A stretch of 64,000 nucleotides of DNA, from the NCBI GenBank assembly GCA_035221665.1, contig CM069142.1, positions 60,574,001-60,638,000 on the forward strand. The letters run 5' to 3'. Of the stretch, positions 47,359 to 61,821 are shown one piece after another. The translations under genes were made by a program, and so were the position numbers. The notes beneath the pieces are model-generated. The model searched no databases. It had not been told where the DNA came from and saw nothing but the letters and a program-made list of their open reading frames with translations. Position 1 is the stretch's first letter. Every line of letters begins with the position of its first letter. Source of the stretch: Okamejei kenojei. Its lineage: Eukaryota.

Positions 47359-50300
47359 CTGTGGGAGAATAAGAACAGACATTTTGTTTTGTGCACTGTC
47401 TTAACAGTGATGAACATGTCCTTTAAGCTAATAAATGCCCATGAATTGAAACAACTCTTAAAATGTCTTATTTTTCTTTACTTTAGACTATGGAGATGTA
47501 GTACGGAAACAGGCCCTTCGTCCATCAAGTCTGCGCCGATCAGCGATCACCCCGTACACTAGCACAATCCTACAATTTATAATTTAACCTAAGCCGATTA
47601 ACCTACAACTTTCACGTCTTTGAAATGTGGGGGGGGGAACTGGAGCACCCGGAGAAGACCCAGGAAGAGACATAACAAATCTGTACAGACAGCACCCGTA
47701 GTCAGGATCGAACCCGACTCTCTTGCGCTGTAAGGCAGCAACTCTATTTTCCCTTGTTATATAACTGAGTTATGGTGGAACAGTGGTGCAAATGGTAGAG
47801 TTACTGCCTCGCATCGCCAGATACCCGGGTTCGATCCTGACCTCGGGTACTGTCTGTATGGAGTTTGCATGTTCTCCCTGTGACCACATAGGTTTTCTCC
47901 TCCGGGTGCTCCGCATACATCCCACATCTCAAAGAAATGCGTGTCGGCAGGTTAATTAGCCTCTTTAAATTGCCCTAGTGTATAGGTGTGCAGAAATAGT
48001 ATGTGAACGATGATCGATGGTCAGCATGGACTTGATGGGTGAAGGGCCTGTTTCCATGCTCTATCTCTATAAAAAATTCCTATTCCCCTCCTTACGCATG
48101 TGAGATTCTGACATTTTATTCTCTTTGATTGCCCTTCCTCCTAATTGCCTTATGAAAACTTGAACCACTTCAAGCACTCCATAGTGCTTGGATATAACTG
48201 AGTGACGAGCTGGGTGTCTTCACATGGTGGTTTAGAGTCAATTGCCTTATTGTGGGCATGGAGTCATACCCAGTGTCACGCAGTGCCCAGTGCCCAGACA
48301 CCAGTGCCCAGTGTCACGTAGCATAAAAGATTTCTCTCCTGAAACAGACGGAAGGATTGTTAGCATCCAACGCTTTTATAGACACATTTCCAAATTCTTA
48401 TTTCTAGATATTTAAGAATGCAATGCCAATTCTTAAACTGCCTTGGGAACTGACGCATATCGACAATGAGTTGGTGAATGGGGCATTAAGACTGCCAGGC
48501 TGAACACTGGAGATTACAAGGAGCATCAAGGTGCTAAGCTCTATGTTCTTGCAGGAGGTTCTACAGCAATGTGAGACCATGGTCTCCATTCTGAAGGTCA
48601 TGTGTATTTTTTTGTAAGGGCTCCGCACCAACCCCATCACACAGCACCTACTTGTACAGGCAATGGGCAGAGGTGGCCCATATACAGGCCACAGAAGACC
48701 TTTCTTTTGTCCATCAGATCTCACTAGCTGGGGGTCAGCATTGGTTGGGATGGATTAGTGGGGCTGAAGGGCCTGTTTCCGTGCTGAATAAACTCCATGA
48801 CTCTATGCAAGCAAGAAGCTCGAAAGGACGACAGCGGAGCTATCAAGGAGCCGCTTGCCGTCTGTCTGAGTGGAGAGGTAGCAATCGTGTGCAAACCATT
48901 CCTCTGGATCAATTGCTGCTCTGATTGATCTCAGGCGTGCAGCCATGAGGAGCTCATGGTCCCAGGGGGGCAAGGTGATGCTGCTCGTCTAGTAACAGGA
49001 TGCTACTGATGTATTGGAAGACATGGCATGTCGAGAGATTACCATCCACGAGCGAAATGCTCTGCCACAGAAGCATTGTGGCTCCTTTTTGCCCTCCTAT
49101 TAAATACATGAGGTGTATATAGGGTAGGCATTCTTTCCCATGATAGCGGGTGTAAAAAAAAAACAGGATGGCACAGGTTTAAGATGAGAGGAAAGAGATT
49201 TGAAAGGATTTGACGAGGAAGTGTTTTGAACTGAGAGTGATTGGCATGCTGGTGGAGCTGGTGTGATGCATTCACTACAATTAAGAGGCACCTAGAAAGG
49301 CACAGAACATAGAACATAGAAATGTACAGGAACAGGCCCATCAACCCAAAGTGTCCAAGGCAAATATGATGTCAAGTTAAACTAATCTGCTCTACCTGCA
49401 TGTGATCCATATCCTTCCATTCACCGCATACCCATGTGCCTGTCTGTAAGCCTCTTAATTGGCCCTATCGATTCGGCCTCCACCGCTGCCCCTGTCACCC
49501 ACCACTCTCTGTGTAAAAAAACCTTCCCTGCACATCTTCTGTAAACTTTGCACCTCTCATCTTAAAGCCTTGCCTCTGGTCTTGGACATTCCCACCTAGG
49601 AACAAGGTTCTGACTATTAACCTCCCTGTCACATGAACCAATCACTGACTATTAACCAATCTATACCCTATCTAAACCTGTTTAAATATATTTTAAACAT
49701 TGTAATTGTACCAGTCATCTTGTTCCACATCTCACCAGGGTATGTACGCTGCCCTTTGGATCCCCTTTAAATCTTTCCCTTTTCACCTTAAATGTCCTCT
49801 AATTTCCAACTCTCTTAACCTGCAAAATGGGCAGTGACCATCCACCTTGTGGAGGTATGCAAATGTTCCTCATGACTTTACATACTTCCATAAGGTCTCC
49901 TACACTCAGTCTCCCACACTTCAGGCAGAAGATGTCCAGACTATCGGGACTCTCCTTATAATTAAGCCACAATACTCCAAGTGTGGTCTCACCAATGGCT
50001 TGTACAAATGTAATCAGGAATATCCCAATTCCTATACTCAATGCCTCCGGGAGGTCTCATCAATGACCACACTACAACTTCCAATAAGCCCTGAACTACA
50101 TAGACTATTATTGTTACTATTGATCTATTATTTTTTGGGGGTTTTTTATGTCCACGTATGTGTGCGTTTGTGTGTGTGTATACATATGATTATATGTGTA
50201 TGTATGTATGGGTATATATGTGTACGTACACTTTCTGCACCACCCTGTCATAAGGTCACAAGGTCATAAGCGATAGGAGTAGAATTAGGCCATTTGGACC

Positions 50301-53300
50301 ATCAAGTTTACTTTGCCATTCAAGCATGGCTGATCTATCTTTCCCTTCTACCCAGGGGGGTGGAAAACATGGGGGTGGGGGTGGCCAGAGGCGACACGTC
50401 CCCCCCATGTTTTTGAGAGGTGGGGGACATCCCCCCCCCAAGTTTTTGTAATCCAGATTTTAAAATCTCCGCTTTCCGCGAGACTGTGGCGGTGGGATTG
50501 CTGATAGAGGGCACCGATTGGACGAGAGAGACGTCGGTCAGCAGGCAATGGGGACGGGACATGTTGATTCAGCGCGATGATTGGAGGAGGGAGGAGTGGG
50601 GTGTGGACTGAGGATAGAGTGTGGTGATTGGAGGAGGAGACGTGGCACAGACCTGCGCCTCATCCGCAGCCAGGACCGATCCTGGCCGGGTCTCCGGCGC
50701 TGTCCCGTCCCCACCCGAGTGCCCCCCCCCCCCCCTGGGGCCAGAGACGTCGGCAGTCAGAAGCGAGCTGTACCCCCAGGCCCACAGCCAGCGCAGAGAA
50801 GCAGCGCTAAACCCAGCTCACTCTGCCTGGTTAAACTGCCTGGGCTTGCGGGAAATATGGGCAGCGCGGAGAAGCAGCGCTGGTGTCCCATCAGTCCAGT
50901 CAGGGTTGTAGTTAACCCGGCAAGACAGGCAGAGTTGAGCTGCATTTAGCGCTGGGTTGAGCCTCCGAAGCCTCGCGCATGTGTGTGTGAGTGTGCGCAT
51001 GCGAGCGCGGCCGCCAAAAAATTGTGTCCCCCAGTCCCCTCCATATTTTGTAAGCGGGTTCCGCATTTGCTTCTAACCCTATTCTCCTGCCTTCTCCCAT
51101 TAACATCTGACACCCGTACTAATCAAGAATCAATCGCTGGCTTAAAAATATCCATTGACTTGGCCTCCACAGCCTTATGTGGCAAAGAATTCCACAGATT
51201 CACCACCCTCCGACCAAAGAAATTTCTCCTCATCACTTTACTAATCCTTTAATTCTGAGGCCACGACCCCTAGTCCCAGAATCTCCCACTAGAGGAAACA
51301 TCCTCTCCAGATCTCTGTCTACCGGTGTCACCAATGAGTTGTGTGTATTTTATATATACCTTCAACATAAAACAAAAATCAAGGAAAAAAGGTGGGCAAG
51401 CCATAGCTAACAAGAAATCAAACATGTTTTTTTTCTTGAGTTCACGGAAGAGACACAAAACCTATTGAGAGTAGGCTAAATAATTGTATGTCTAAAATGA
51501 ATGAGGAGCTCAAGGTAAATAGTAAAAACCAAGCGGCGGAGTCATTAATAAGACTTAACAATGATGGATCTGCAGTAGTTGCATCCCCAAGAAAACTGAA
51601 GGATGTCGCCATGGTGATAGTGGAGGTCCTGGTTGTCATCTTCTAAAATTCCCCTAAATTCTGAAATAGAGTTAGATGGGCAGCACGGTAGAAGGTGCTG
51701 CATTACAGTGCTAGAGACCCGGGTTCGATCCTGACTACGGGCTCCGTCTGTAAGGTGTTTGTACTTTCTCCCTGTGACCACGTGGGTTTTCTCTAGGTGT
51801 TCTGTTTTTCTCCCACGCTCCCAAGACGTACAGGTTTACAGGTTAATTGGCTTCGGTAAAGATTGTAAATTGTCCCTAGTGTGTGGTATAGTGCTAATGT
51901 ACGGGGTTGAGCGCTGGTTGGTGCGGACTCGGTGGAACCGAAGCGCTTGTTTTTGCGCTGTATCTCTAAACTAAAACTAAGGACTGGAAGGCAGCAAACA
52001 GAACCCACTTATAGAAAGGCAAAGAGAGGAAAATGTGTACTGACCTTCAGATCAGAGTCAGTCTCATGTCAGCTTGTGGGAAACCTGCTGAAATCAGTTA
52101 CTAAAGAAGCAGCACCAGGGCATCTCGAAAATAATAATAAGATTGGACAGAGTCACTGTGGATTTATGAAAGGGAAATCATGTTGACAAGTCTCGAAGTA
52201 TTTTGAGGTTGTAACTGGCAGAATAGACAAGGGCAAACGAGTTGATCTGGAGCATTTGAAGTTTTAGAGGCCTTCACAAGGTTGTCCACATTGGAGATTA
52301 TTAAAAGAGATAAAGATTGCACGTAATTGCAGGATAACATACTAGGACGGATTTAGATTGGTTTAGCTGAGCAGAACACAGGGAGTGTTAATAAACGCTT
52401 CTTTCAGGGTTGAGAGGTGTGACTACAAAGAGTGCCACAAGGAAAAGAGGGTCTGGCGATGCCTTACCTAGAAAGGATACCAAGGTTATAATGTCAGAAG
52501 CTCAACATGCTCAAGAGAAAACCTGGTCGCCTTCAGACATAGCAGACTGCAAACAGAGGGGAAGGAGCTGCCTTGGTCTGGTGAATATACTGCTTTCAAG
52601 CTCGTACTTTCTGCCGATCAGACAAAGGAGAAGAAGGAATGACTATTGTGGACATTTGGACACGTGAGTGAAATCCGTATCTTTTTCTCGTCGTGAAAGC
52701 CATCAAATCCCATTTTCTGAGGTGGCCGCTGGTTGCTCAGTGAAGCCAAAGGGGATGGATAAAAAAATAAAAACTTCCTTGCCAAATGCAGGACTTGGGT
52801 GGCCTGTTTGAATTTGTGGCTTAGCAGAAAATGGTGAGACACGGAATAGATCTAACGTGGTCATTTTGGGCAGATCTGATGGCAAGGAATCTGAGAATCG
52901 CCTTGACCTTGACGATGGAGAGAGAAGTTCAGTGACAGGTGCAGAATGCCACATTTGGCGTTGAAAGTAGACACAAAATGGTGCAGTAACTCAGCCGATC
53001 AGCAGCATCTCTGGAGAAAAGGAATGGGTGACGTTTCGGGTCGAGACCCTTCTTCAACTGAGAGTCAGTGGAGAGGAGGCATAGAGATATTGAAGGGTAA
53101 GGGTGGAGGAACAGCAGCTTAAATTTCGCTTGGGCAGCTTACAACCCAGCGGTATGAATATTGACTTCCATAACTTCAAGTAACCCTTGCTTTCCGCTCG
53201 ATCTCTTGGATCTCTCGCTATCACCTCATTCCCTCATAGAGATATGTCTCCCCTCCCCTGACTCTCAGTGTGAGGAAGGGTCTCGACCCAAAACAGCACC

Positions 53301-56300
53301 ATTCCTTTTTCTCAGAGATGCTGCCTGTCCCCTGAGCCATTCCAGCATTTCGTGTCCAACTTCTGTGTTCCTTCCTAACACACAGCTTTGAATGAATATT
53401 TTATCATTGAGGTCCAGGTAGTTACAACACCGTCTCTTGAGATTTTCTAAAGTTGCAACTGACATTGATATTGCTTCCTGCCACATCACCACTGACCCAC
53501 ACAGTTTGGTTTCTCCTTCAGTGCGGCCCACAGTGGAGCTGCTGAATAGCTCAGCAGATAAATGACCTGTGAAATACTCCTTGGTAGCTCTGGAGCACCC
53601 TGTGAATTTTAGAATACATTTGTGCGACTCACAATCAATAACACAATGCCAGCATTGTGTCCACTAAATAACAAGTAGACCAGCGATGAGCTCTATCTCA
53701 AATGAGACTATTCCATAACCATCACAATTTGGAACTTTAAGCTCCAATTTGTGCCTTTAATGGCAAAAGACACCAGCTGCTAGTGCAGTCATGTCATCAT
53801 GGTGTATTGAATGTTGGTAAATGTCAGGAGTGTTTGTATGGATCACACAGCTAAGTGCCCAGTTCTTTAGGCTTTAGATTTTATAGATACAGTGTGGAAA
53901 CAGGCCCTTCGGCCCATCAGGCCCGTGCTGCCCACTGATCAACCCAGGTCTCTGGCGCTGTTAATGCCTCTGTCCCACTTAGGAAACCTGAACGGAAACC
54001 TCTGGAGACTTTGTGCCCCACCCAAGGTTTCCATGCGGTTCCCAGAGGCTCCCAGAGGTTTTTGTCCTCCAGCAACCACCTTCAACTAGCATCGCAACCG
54101 GCTTCGCTAAAAAAATTACCGATTTTTAAAACGGGAAACCACTATCGACCATTAGGGAGGGACTGACAAAAACCTCCGGGAACCACACGGGAACCTTGGG
54201 TAGGGCGCAAAGTCTCCAGAGGTTTCCATTCAGGTTTCCTAAGTGGGACAGGGGCAGAAGGCAGCAACTCTACCACTGCGCCACTGTGGCAACAGTAGAG
54301 CGGCAGTATTATTTTGCAGTTGGTACAATTTCACCCTGAAATGATTGTCAGCACAATCTACTCCAGAGTAAAGATAAGACACAAAGTGCTGGTGTAACTC
54401 AGCGGGTATGCAGCATCTCTGAAGAACATGGGTGGGTGACGTTTTGGGGTCAGGACTGAAGAAGGTTTTCAATCTCAAGAAGAGCCCCAACTCAAAATAT
54501 TACCAATCCATTTTCTCCAGAGATGCTGCCTGACTTGTTGAGTTACTCCAGCACTATGCATTTTTTTTTATAACCAGCATCTACAGTTCCTTTTCTTCTT
54601 CCTCCAGGTTAAATTAGGAAAAAATGTGATTTTGACATCTAGAAAGTGTGGATACATCATCCAATTTCAAGCATAATTGTTCAACTTATGTCGGCGCAGT
54701 GTGGTGTGGTGGTTGCAGCGGCAGAGTTGCTGCTTACCACGCCACACACCCGAGTTCGATCCTGACTACTGATTCAAGATTCAAGATTCAAGAGAGTTTA
54801 TTGTCATGTGTCCAGATAGGACCAATGACATTCTTGCTTTGCTTCAGCACAACAGAATATAGTAGGCATAAATAAATACAGAACAGATCAGTGTGACAAA
54901 TGCCATTGAATATATATCTATACGCATATAAAAAAGCAGATAAAGTGCACATGGGTACTAATGTTCAGAGTATTGTTGAGTTGAGTTTAATAGCCTGATG
55001 GCTGTGGGGAAGTAGCTATTCCTGAACCTGGATGTTGCAGATTTCAGGCTCCTGTACCCTTTTACCTGAAGGCAGTGGGGAGATGAGTGAGTGGCCAGGA
55101 TGGTGTGGGTCCTTGATGATGCTGCCAGCCTTTTTGAGGCAGCGACTGCGATAGATTCCCTCGATGGTAGGGAGGTCAGAACCGATGATAGACTGGGCAG
55201 TGTTTACAACTTTTTGCAGTCTTTTCCGCTCCTGGGCGTTCAAGTTGCGAACCAAGCCACGATGCGACGGTCAGCACGCTCTCTACTGTGCACCTGTAGA
55301 AGTTCGAGAGAGTCCTCCTTGGACATACCTGTCTGTACAGTTGTACGTTCTCCATGTGTCCACATGGGTGTTCTGGTTTTGGTCTCACACTCCAAAAACG
55401 TGCAGGTTTGTAGGTTAATTGGCTTTGGTTAAAATCGCAAATTGTCCCCAACGTGTAGTTGGGGCTGGTGTGTGGGGATCGCTGGTCGCGCGGGACTCAG
55501 TGGTCGAAGGGCCTGCCTCAGCACTAAACGAAAAAAAAACTAAAAGTTCCATTCCTTAACCATGCTTAATGCACGCTTATGCAGCTCTAGGGTTTAACAT
55601 TATAACGTTCCCGCAAAGCACCTTAGACCACCTTACTGCATTAATGCAAGCTTGTGAGTGGAAACATATAGCGCTGCTTGCGTACCCACTGGGGAATGGA
55701 TGTTTGTGATTGTGTATGTGAGAGTAAATAAAAAGGACAAAGTAGGATAAAAAAAACTACATTCTCATGTGTCTGAAGAGGTGAACAGAAACTGTACACA
55801 CACAAAAATCAAAACAGAAGATGAAAAGCAAAGCAAGCAAGGGGGCAATTGCAAAGGATTGCCATCAGTCTAGTAACAGGCAACTGTCATGATGCATTTC
55901 TTTTGATCTTTCGGAGAGTCCCTGTAACCCCCCCTCTGTTTTCGCTCCCTTCTCTACCGCATCTTCCACTCAAACCTCTGATCTTGTTAGGTGAAAGAGT
56001 GGTTTGATCGTCACATCAATTTGAACTGTGGGTCGGCAGCAACGCAGAAGCAGGACCTAAAATAATGAGCTCACGCTGCCCTTATCTTTACACCATCCTG
56101 ACACAAATAATGAGGAAGTGCTATGTTGGTTTGAAGCAGAGGTCAAAACAATTTACAAGACAGAACGCAAGAACCAAAGCTGCATTAGAAATAATGAGCG
56201 AGATGAAAGAAGAGAAAATATTTTTAACGCCAAGTAAAATGTTGCAAAATTAGTTTTTAAGCGACAGAAGGAATCCAGGGTGAACTTTACCTTAAACGGT

Positions 56301-59300
56301 GATGCAGCGGAAGAGTTGGTTCCTTACAGAAAAGATCCTATAGCAAGCAAGATAGATCACTCGACGAAAAAGACGTAGTACGGGCATGGGCAGATTCTGG
56401 GTAAATTTTCGGCCCATTTCCGTAACCGGCTTCCGTCTCTGCACCAAAGATCCCATAGCGGAGCAAAGATACTAGTGCAGGGACGGAAGTCGGTTACGGA
56501 AACATCCTTGTAAAAATAAAAGTTATTTGGGAAAAATCTTCTCCTCATTTTCAGAATTATAATTTATTAACACAAACTGTTCCCCCCGCAACGCTGATTA
56601 CACTGCGAGTGGGGTCGGTTTACGGAAATGGATGAAAAAAAGGCCCATGATCCACTTTGTTGCGTACTACACGTCAGCCCATTGCATTCTCAGGAGTGAT
56701 CTATCGTACTTCGCTATAGGGTCTTTGCCTTACAGCGCCAGACCTCCGGGTCAGATCCTGACTACGGGTGCTTGTCTGTACGGAATATTACCTTCTCCTC
56801 CTGACCTGTATGGTTTTTCTCCGAGATCTTCGGGTTCCTCTCACACTCCAAAGACATCCAGGTTTGTAGGTTAATTGGCTTGGTATAAATGTAAATTGTC
56901 CTTAGTGTATGTGGGATCGTGTTAATGTGCAAGAATCATGGGCCAAAGGGCCTGTTTCCACATTGTATCTCTAAATTCAGAGCTGCAGTTGAATGTTCTT
57001 TTCTCAAAGCATAAAGTGCTGGAATAATTCAACGGGTCAGGCAACAAATATGATGGAATGGACAGCAATATTAGAGGTCGGGACCCTTCTTCAGTCCCAT
57101 CCCAAAATGTGTCTGTCCATTTCCTCCGCAGATGCCGCTGACCCGCTGAGTTATCTGTACTTTGTATCTTACTCAGGATTCCAGTATCTGCAGTTCCTTG
57201 TGTCTCCAATGTTCTTTTCTGTTGGTTAGTACAGATCGCCATGACGTTATAAAATGGCTGAGCAGGCAAGAGGGTCTGAGTATCTTTTGCTGCTCCTATT
57301 CATACGCGATACAGAAAAGAGGGAAGGAGAGAGAATTGGAATGAAATACACAAGGAAATATCATGCTGAAATACTAAGAGGTAGCATATCATCAAAACTT
57401 GAAAATTGTGCATTTCAACCTTTGCCTGACTTTCCAAGCATACCGCAATGGTCCTGTGATCATTGTCACCTTCTCTGCATCCAACTTTTTTATCATTTCC
57501 TTTTTTCCTGTCACTTTCTCCTGCATCAAATGCCTTCGGTCAGTTTAATCACACCTAATCAACCCTTTTGTTTCTTTTCTCCCTTTATAAAGGAGTGGAG
57601 AGAAATGAGCACAAAAACAAAACACCAACCTTTTTTCTAATAAAATAGCAGGGTAATTATTTCAGAAAATATGTCAAAAATAATGATAGTCATATGGAAA
57701 CCAAGTACATAAAATTAACGTGAGCCATTTGTAGCCACCAGCTTGATTTTAAAAGGAGAATTACTCAATCATCTCCCCTCTGCAGGCCATCGTGTCGGAC
57801 CATGCAGTCTTGTTGAAACTTGTTCAAATCAAATAGCTTTGATTTCCAATGAAAGGATATTGTCACCGAATCTGAAACCTGTCTCTTTCCTATCAATGCT
57901 CTCGGACCTCCAAATATAATTGCATTTTCAGTTTTCCAGGAATCATACAATTTTCCGACCCGACCTAAAACATCACCTATCCATGTTCTCCAGCGGTGCT
58001 GCACGTGGATCTTTTTATTTAAGGGGTGTCAGGGGTTATGGGGAGAAGGCAGGAGGATGGGGTTAAGAGGGAGAGATAGATCAGCCATGATTGAACGGAG
58101 GAGTAGACTTGATGGGCCGAATGGCCTAATTCTCCCCCTATCATTTATGAACATGAAAACAGCATCTGTAGTTCCTTGTTCCTACTTTCACCAATTGTTC
58201 CTTTCAGAAAAAAATTGTCCCACTCCACTCAATACTCTGAAAATGGTTTCTTAAGAATTTCTCCAATTCCCTTTGGAAAATATTATTTAAGCTGCTCCAA
58301 ACACTCATTCAGGTAATGTCAGATCAAACAATATACTTTTATTCAAAAAATCCTGTCCTATTATTAAAATATTCATCATTGATGACCCTGTCTTCTCTGT
58401 TAAACCCTTACACAATTTGAACAGAGATTGTTAAAAAAAAAGGGGATTGAATAGATTATTAATCATTTTTGTTAACTATCTTTGGTTCAAACAGACAACA
58501 GTCCCAGATTCCAGATTCTGACTCAAGAAATACTGTGCATCTACACTATCTATTCTGGAATAGATTATGTTGAATGCACAGAGTCCTTTCCCCAAAATAG
58601 GGGAATCAGAGAACATGGTGAGTGGGGAAAGATTTAATAGGAACCTGAGGGGCAACTTTTTCACATAGATGGTGGTGGAACATGCTGCCCAGGAGGTAGT
58701 CGATGCAAAGTACCATAAGAAATTTAACAGTATTTGGACAGGTACATAGATAGGAAGGGTTTAGAGTGGCTATGGGCTACACCTGGCAGATGGGACTAGT
58801 ATAGATGGGGCATCTTGGTCGGCTTGGGCAAGTTGGGACGAAGAGCCTTCTCACATGCTGTATGACTCTATGACTCTATATCTCTACGTTTAGAAAGTAG
58901 ATGTTGTTTATTTGCACCAAAGAATTATACTGACCTAGACACAAAATGCTGGAGCAATTCAGCAAGTGATGCAGCATCTCTGGAGAGAAGGAATGGGCGA
59001 CGTTTCGGGTCGAGACCCTTCTTCAGACTGATGTCAGGGGAGGGGTGGGGCAAAGATAGAATGTAGTTGGAGACAGTAAGACTGGTGGGAGAAGGGGGAG
59101 GGGATGGAGAGAGAAAAGAAGGGCTATCTGAAGTTAGAGAAGTCAATGTTCATACCACTGGGGTTATACTACCCAAGTGAAATATGAGGTGCTGTTCCTC
59201 TAATTTGCACTGAGCCTCACTCTGACAATGGAGGAGGCCAGAAAGGTCAGATTGGGGAATGGGAGGGGGAGTTGAAGTGCTGAGCCACCGGGAATCGGGT

Positions 59301-59346
59301 AGGTTAAGAAGACTGAGCAAAGGTGTTCAGTGAAAATTATACTGAC

Positions 59347-59660
59347 CTTGTAAAACAGAATGCTGTCGATTTCCGTCAGTTTGAATGCTGCACGTTACTG
59401 CCATATTGCTGTGCGTGGTCACTGGTGAGATGATAAGTTCGGAAGTAAATGTGTACTTAGTTGTGTAGTTCTTATGTTCAAACTGGGGATTTGTATTAAC
59501 TGGTCCCTCTTTTACAATGATAAGGATGGGGTTGTCATCTATTATCCAGATGATAATTTTCCAAGGCAATGATACAGTGCAGTTGAATGCGGCATCAGAG
59601 TGGAAGCAAAGCAAAGGCGTTTTTTGGGACCTTCTATAATTGCAGTCGATAAACACACAC
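59347..59660 (-). CDS. IGSF5: IGSF5-like first Ig exon, copy B (several 1-bp indels; frameshifted as written)
   Basis: Same splice sites as copy A; 314 nt; 4 amino-acid-changing substitutions plus 7 single-base indels. Confidence 0.6.
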
Positions 59661-61369
59661 CTAAAAGATAAACAGTTGATATTGAATAACAGTACAATTC
59701 AGTCAATCTACAGGATGAATCTGAAAGAAAGGGGGAAAAATTGACAATGAAAGTAGTCTTGACTTTCAAGTCCATAACAGTCGGACTGCACTCGTAAATT
59801 TTCCACAGGGTCTGGGTATCATTAAGTGGAGACTTCAAAGGCAATGTGAATCTAACTACATTACTGTGAAATGTAGCCAATGTCAAATGTATAAGATTGT
59901 CTAATTTTAAGAGAGGAAACTATTCAAGCACAGAGGCCTATAAATAGGCCTGTGACCATTTTTTGGTATATGGGAGTATCTGGTGACGTCTGAACACAAC
60001 TCACATCTGAAAGGCAACGGAACCTATTGGGAAATGTAAAGGAAGGAACTGCAGATGCTGGTTTACACCGAAGATAGACACAAAATGCTGGAGTAACTCA
60101 GCAGCAGGCAGCAACTCTGGATAGAAGAAATGGGTGACATATTCGGGTCGAGACCCTTCTTCATCTCCGTCCCCAATAAATAACAGGATGTGACTTTTGC
60201 ACTTGATGGTAGGAAATCACAGGCTGCTGCTTGACACAACACCCACAACGCACTGTCTCCAATGGAATAATGTGATGAAGGAGAAATGGACATTGAAGAT
60301 CAAAGAATCGGAACTATTAGGACCAGATAGTTCAGTTGGGAACACTCACTCTCGCCTCCGACTCAGAAAATGTATTTCAAGTCTTATTGCAGGGAAATAA
60401 CCACAGAAGTCTAGACCCTGAAAATTCTATGTAATTTCTCTGGGGAGAGATAACTGTGGGCAATATTTACCTGGAAATATTAGGCACTGTACAGGATGTG
60501 ATAAATGGATAGATTAACAATAATTACTGCTTACTTTTTAGGTACACAGCACGGAAACAGGCCCTTTGGATTGAAGGGCCTATATCCACGGTGTATTTAA
60601 GAGAGAGTTAAATAGAGCTCTTAGGGCTAATGGAATCAAGGGATATGGGGAGAAAGTAGGAACGGGCTACTGATTTTCGATGATCAGCCGTTATCATATT
60701 TAATGGCGGTGCTGACTCGAAGGGAGGAATGGCCTACTCCTGCACCTAATTTCTATGTACCTCTAAAACTAAAAAAACTAACACTAAAAAAAACTAAATT
60801 CTTCCCAATTTTCAGCTTAGCACCTGGCATTTCCCAGGTCAAATACAGTTCACAAATAGTTGCAGATCAAACCTATGCTTATTCTCTGCACCCTCTAATT
60901 TGGAAGAAGACCTCGCATTGTTCCAGTGTGACACTGCCCACGCTTAGTACTTTAGGCCTATCAGCGACATTGCCAAGAGTGAGCAGTCTACTGCCACAGC
61001 CCTCTATCCCCTTAGAAGCAGATCGGGAGAGTCAAGCCTTATTTAACATATGATTGTAGCTGACAGATTGGACTCCCATCACACCAGTGTAGGTTGAATG
61101 TTGGCACAGAACTAAACGATGAATCATTGGTTACTAACAACACAAACACTTTCTATTGTAAACCCTTTAAGGTACCAAAATATTTGAGATGTTTCATAGG
61201 CTGTTATTGCCCAAAATTGTTATTAAACAAAACAAGTCATGCATTAGATGTTTTAGGAGACATTTCTGAGGAAAGAGAGAGAAGCGGACAGATTTATGGA
61301 AGGGATTCTAGATGTTCAAATAAAGGCAATCAAAAGTCTAACTGTCGGTGAAGAATACTTGAATTTATT

Positions 61370-61645
61370 TTACTTTAGGGATACAGCGTGGAAACAGGCC
61401 CTATGGCCCGCATTGACCAGCGACCACACCGTACACTCTACGGACAATTTACAATTTTACCAAAGCCAATTAACCTACAAATCTGTACGTCTTTGGAATG
61501 TGGGAGGAAACCGGAGCACCCAAGAAGTCCAACGCAGTCACGCAGGAGGACGTACAAACTCCGTACAGACAGTACCCACAGTCAGAATCAATCCCGGGTC
61601 TCTGGTGCTACGAGGCAGCAGCTCTACCGCTGTGCCACCGTGCCG
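61370..61645 (-). mobile_element. HE1-like SINE
   Basis: Reverse-strand tail GGAAACAGGCCC through the tRNA-like head. Confidence 0.8.
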
Positions 61646-61821
61646 CACAAAAGTAGTGAGGAACGTTTCCACCCAGAAAGGTGTCTATGACCAGAGGGCG
61701 CAGGTTTAAGTTGAGGGGTCGAAGATTTCGAGGTGACTTGAAGGAAAAAGTTTACACCCACTGTGCTGTTGAGATCTGGTACACACTGGCTGCAGGGATG
61801 GGGACATCACAACAATCATAT

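Larger units (their letters stand above)
43914..59910 (+). repeat. ~16.0 kb tandem segmental duplication, copy B
   Basis: Starts TTTCCGCGCTGTATC (=27912) and ends GTCTAATTTTAA (=43912); junction CTAATTTTAATTTTCCGC. Confidence 0.97.

Noticed and set aside
43914-59910. Interpretation as a second complete IGSF5 paralogue
   Set aside because: The duplicated unit contains neither the signal exon nor the TM/cytoplasmic exons, so it is intragenic.
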